This document shows, in pieces, positions 60,623 to 64,000 of a stretch of DNA of 64,000 nucleotides. The translations under genes were made by a program, and so were the position numbers. The stretch is from Pirellulales bacterium (lineage in GTDB: Bacteria; Planctomycetota; Planctomycetia; Pirellulales; JAICIG01). Within the stretch, counting starts at the first letter, position 1; each line of letters starts with the position of its first letter. The stretch lies in the NCBI GenBank assembly GCA_040901675.1, contig JBBDYJ010000038.1, positions 201,376 to 265,375 of the forward strand, in the 5' to 3' direction. Below the pieces are notes generated by a model. It was not told where the DNA came from and made no database searches. It saw nothing but the letters and a program-made list of their open reading frames with translations.

Positions 60623-61861
60623 ATGAAACGAATACCCCTCGTTCTGTCCGCGTTTTTGTGGGTTGGGGCAATCTCGCTCGACCCGGCAGATTTGGCCGCC
60701 CAGTCCCGATCCAGATCGGGTGAGCCCAGATCGGGTGAGCCCAGATCGGGTGAGCCTGGAGCAGGCGAGCGAGGACGCGATGGCGAAGGGACCGCCGACC
60801 GCCGCGAGCGCCGGTCTACCACCAGGCCGGCGAGCCGCACCCAGGCGGGCCTGGCGGATCGGGTTGCCGACCGCGACGGCCTCGATGTGGATCGCCGGCG
60901 AGCGGACGACGAGGCGGCCCGGGACGCAGCCTTCCGCGACGAAGCGCCGACGCGCCGGCTGAACCTCGGCACCCGGACCTTGGGCGGCGTGCAGTTCTGG
61001 GGCGACGAGCTCTATTTCCACGAATGGCGGATTCAGCGCAATGCCTTGACGGGCCACTGCCGCCTGCTCGATCCGGACAATCGCAGGCAAGCCTGGGGCA
61101 CATTCGAGCAATGCCGGGGGCGATTGGAAGAAATCAAGCGCCAGCGTGAGCTGCCGCCGATGCGGGGCCGCGCGGTGCTCGTACTGCACGGGCTGGGTGG
61201 CTGGCGGAGCACGATGGAACCGTTGGCCGACTACCTGGAACGCAACAGCGATTTCACCGTTCTGAACATCACCTACCCGAGCACGCGCGGCGAGCTGGCC
61301 GATCATGCCCGCGCGTTGGCCAGCGTCGTGGACAACCTGGAAGGGATCGAAGAGATCAACTTCGTGGCGCACAGCCTCGGCAACCTGGTGATTCGGCATT
61401 ACCTGGCCGACGCCGCCGATCCTGAATCAGGCCGTTCTGCCGATCCCCGCATCAAGCGGATTGTGATGCTGGCCCCCCCCAACCACGGATCGGAGCGGGC
61501 CGCCAGGTGGTCGGACAACGACCTGTTCCTGGCGGTGCTGGGTGGCGCCGCGCAGCAGTTGGGCTCCGGCTGGTCGAGCGTCGAGACCCGGCTGGCCACG
61601 CCGGCCTGCCAGTTCGGCATCCTTGCCGGCGGCCGGGGCGACGAACGGGGCTATAGCTCGCGGCTGCAAGGCGACGACGACGGCACCCTCAGCGTCTCGA
61701 CCACGCGCCTGGCTGGGGCCCGCGACTTCATGACGGTGCCTGTCTGGCACTCGTTCATGATGTTCCATCCCCGCGTGCAGGAGTACACGCTGCGATTCAT
61801 CGAGGAAGGCTATTTCGTCTCCGACGCCCGTCGGCGGCCCATCCTCGACAACGGCAACTGA
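60623..61861 (+). CDS. Exported alpha/beta hydrolase (lipase-like)
   Basis: LHGLGG, AHSLG nucleophile elbow, LAPPNHGS, DDGT, H; 15-bp x3 in-frame repeat near the N-terminus. Confidence 0.88.
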   Translation: MKRIPLVLSAFLWVGAISLDPADLAAQSRSRSGEPRSGEPRSGEPGAGERGRDGEGTADRRERRSTTRPASRTQAGLADRVADRDGLDVDRRRADDEAARDAAFRDEAPTRRLNLGTRTLGGVQFWGDELYFHEWRIQRNALTGHCRLLDPDNRRQAWGTFEQCRGRLEEIKRQRELPPMRGRAVLVLHGLGGWRSTMEPLADYLERNSDFTVLNITYPSTRGELADHARALASVVDNLEGIEEINFVAHSLGNLVIRHYLADAADPESGRSADPRIKRIVMLAPPNHGSERAARWSDNDLFLAVLGGAAQQLGSGWSSVETRLATPACQFGILAGGRGDERGYSSRLQGDDDGTLSVSTTRLAGARDFMTVPVWHSFMMFHPRVQEYTLRFIEEGYFVSDARRRPILDNGN

Positions 61862-62093
61862 GCGTCTTGTCTTGCCGTCAGAACCGGCAGGGTTTGTCGG
61901 GCTGGCTGCCTGCTTGCCCCGGTTTGCGGCACTTCGGCCGAAAAAACGCCCAAAAAAGGGCGATAGTCTCCTAGGGACGCATTTGCGCGCCAGTGCCAAA
62001 CCGCGCCAGTGTCAAACGGCGCCCGTGTCAAACTTGGCCGGCGCTTCCCGCGGATCGCCTCCGGCACCAGCTACCAGGAGCGTGGAATCTCGG

Positions 62094-63287
62094 ATGGGCG
62101 GCAACTTCGCGCTACGCGGGTACCAGGCAGGGCCGCCCACCCGGCGTTTGCAGGCCTCACTGCCCCCCCTGCGCCCGCCGATTCTGCGCTGCGCGCGGCT
62201 TGCCCTGCTCATCGCGGCGTGCCTCGCCGCGCCTGCCCAGGCCGCTGCCCCTGCCGCACCCCAAATCCTGGTCTCCTCACGCCGCGTCGCTATGGATGCG
62301 GCCCCGCACGCACGTCCCGCAAGCCACCAACCGCCCTCGTCAGGCCAGGCGGCCGAGCCCGACTCCCTCGAACCGGCCGTCGTGCCGCCCGAGATCACCT
62401 GCTCCTGCGATCGCCGGACCTGCTCGTGCGGCCTCCGCGAGTTCTGGATGGTCAGCAGCCGCGAAGCCCCGGTCTGCCGCGGCCTCGACCGGGGAGTGGA
62501 CCGGCTAAGTTACTGGAAGTGCGAGCGGGGCCGCTGGCAGCGGCACACCGTCGACGAGTTCGTGGCGGCCATGGACCCGTCGCTGACCACCACCTTCTTC
62601 GTACACGGCAACACCTTGGACAGCGAAGGAGCAACCGAGGCGGGCCGCGTGTTGTACGAGCATCTTGGCCGGGGCGTGCCTGCCTTCCGCCTGGTTCTTT
62701 GGTCGTGGCCCGCCGAGCGGATACGCGGCAAGAGCGTGCGGGCCAACGTGACCGAGAAGGCTCGCAGCAGTGAGTCGCAGGGCTACTATCTGGCCTGGCT
62801 GATCGATCAGATCGACCCCGCCACGCCGCTCAGCCTCACCGGGCACAGCTTCGGCGCCCGCACCGTTTCGGCCGCCCTGCAGGGCCTGGCGTCCGGCCGC
62901 ATTGCCAGGCACGACCTGCCCGAGCGCCTGTACGCTGGCCCGCGCTCGATCCAGGCCGCCCTGGTGGCCGCCCCCATCGACGGCGACTGGCTCTATCCCG
63001 GCAAGCAGCATGAGCTCGCCTTGTCGCAGGTCGAGCGGATGCTGATCACGGTCAACCGGCGGGATCTCGTGCTGCGCACGTTCACGCGCTTGTCCGGCCG
63101 CCGGGTTGAGGCGGTCGGCACGACCGGGCTCGTGGAAAAATGGCGGCTCGGCGAGCAGCGGTCCAAGGTCATCGAAATAGATGCCAGTCCCTGGCTGGGC
63201 TGCTTACACCTCTGGTCGCGCTATGCCGAGAATCCCCAAGCAGCCGCCCGGCTGCGGCCCTATTTCTTCAATATGCCGAGTCCGTAG
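62094..63287 (+). CDS. Alpha/beta hydrolase-fold protein (start uncertain)
   Basis: FFVHGN, WSWP, GHSFG, D.VL, terminal H. Confidence 0.78.
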   Translation: MGGNFALRGYQAGPPTRRLQASLPPLRPPILRCARLALLIAACLAAPAQAAAPAAPQILVSSRRVAMDAAPHARPASHQPPSSGQAAEPDSLEPAVVPPEITCSCDRRTCSCGLREFWMVSSREAPVCRGLDRGVDRLSYWKCERGRWQRHTVDEFVAAMDPSLTTTFFVHGNTLDSEGATEAGRVLYEHLGRGVPAFRLVLWSWPAERIRGKSVRANVTEKARSSESQGYYLAWLIDQIDPATPLSLTGHSFGARTVSAALQGLASGRIARHDLPERLYAGPRSIQAALVAAPIDGDWLYPGKQHELALSQVERMLITVNRRDLVLRTFTRLSGRRVEAVGTTGLVEKWRLGEQRSKVIEIDASPWLGCLHLWSRYAENPQAAARLRPYFFNMPSP

Positions 63288-63419
63288 TGCCACTGCTTGG
63301 AGGTCCCGCCCTGGCGGGACCGAGAAGCAGTGATCGCCGTGTCAGAAGTCAGAAATCAGAGGTCCGCAGTCGAGTGCCACTGCTTGGAGGTCCCGCCCTG
63401 GCGGGATCGAGAAGCAGTG
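63287..63419 (+). repeat. Two direct copies of a 46-bp REP-like palindrome
   Basis: GTGCCACTGCTTGGAGGTCCCGCCCTGGCGGGA(C/T)CGAGAAGCAGTG, twice. Confidence 0.85.
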
Positions 63420-63446
63420 ATGCGCCGCGTCGGGAGTCAGAGGTCA

Positions 63447-63556
63447 GAGGCTGTGAATTTTTTACCAGTCAAAACTACAGCTTGCGACAGCACTCGTGTG
63501 CTAGCTTCAATCCATCGTGGGTTTTAGATTTTGATCGGTAAAAAATTCACAGCCTC
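63447..63556. mobile_element. 110-bp MITE with 20-bp terminal inverted repeats and a TCA target duplication
   Basis: TCA-GAGGCTGTGAATTTTTTACC...GGTAAAAAATTCACAGCCTC-TCA. Confidence 0.8.
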
Positions 63557-63573
63557 TCAGAAATCAGCAGCCC

Positions 63574-63726
63574 TCATCCCGGCGCGTCGGGACCAGGGCG
63601 ACGGCAGCATCCCAGAGGGGCTCGGGGATCTCGTGTCCCGAATGAGCGTGAGCGCCGCCACGCCGCGAATCGCTGCGCCAACCGAGCCAATTCCTCCGGA
63701 CTTCCCCTGTATGCCCGGCCACTCAT
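63574..63726 (-). pseudogene. Fragment resembling an IS66-type accessory HTH ORF
   Basis: LARLAQRFAAWRRSRSFGTR, then a frameshift into an IPEPLWDAAVAL-like segment. Confidence 0.5.
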
Positions 63727-63867
63727 ACGCCGCCCTCCCCAGATTGCGCCCCGGGAGAGCCACGCTAGCAGAACGCCCAGCTTCACTCACGCGCGCTTGC
63801 CGGAAGGACACTGAAAATCGGGAAGAACGCAAGAATTAGACCTGTCCGACCTGTCCCGTTTATCGTC

Positions 63868-64000
63868 GATCGTCGTGCAAGCAGTTCCGCGACATGGCCC
63901 AGACCGGCGGGCCGGGTAGTGATGTTGTTTCAAAGCGGATTTTAGGATCGTCGTGCAAGCAGTTCCGCGACATGGCCCAGACCGGCGGGCCGGGTAGTGA
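63868..64000 (+). repeat. Identical 55-bp direct repeat with 78-bp period, cut by the window end
   Basis: GATCGTCGTGCAAGCAGTTCCGCGACATGGCCCAGACCGGCGGGCCGGGTAGTGA at 63868-63922 and 63946-64000. Confidence 0.9.

Noticed and set aside
63287..64000. CRISPR array
   Set aside because: Only two copies of each repeat, 46 and 55 bp long; the 46-mers match a dispersed REP family; no cas genes.

Overview
High-GC bacterial DNA whose gene content (DUF1549/DUF1553 protein, TIGR03067-type domain, PQQ-like propeller, planctomycete-style integrase) points to a planctomycete. All product calls come from recognising motifs by eye; no database searches were run. The window has two parts. (1) About 0.46-21.1 kb is an eroded genomic island integrated next to tRNA-Ala(GGC). 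It holds a broken tyrosine integrase, a probable exported CxxU selenoprotein gene (in-frame TGA plus SECIS-like hairpin, apparently decaying) and a GAF/PAS kinase-NarL pair. It also carries a general-stress and glycan cluster (CsbD, GlsB/YeaQ, YciF, GT-flavoprotein fusion, GH1-RmlD fusion, broken galK/galT/galE, GH1) with sigma54-type promoters, terminase/DUF2924/serine-recombinase debris and a PemK-like module. (2) About 21.5-63.3 kb is mostly intact core genes (pyc, ald, der, lnt, moeA, trpG/pabA, nadA, yraN and others) interspersed with many REP-like palindromes and heptamer tracts. The most notable non-obvious signals are: the CxxU/SECIS gene; a 24-bp element nested inside itself, in frame, within a CDS; a stand-alone ~70-nt sRNA candidate with its own promoter and terminator; an HNH cassette bracketed by a diverged duplicate of a gene 3' end; an MFS transporter with an EF-hand insert; a 110-bp MITE; and a 55-bp repeat starting at the window end.
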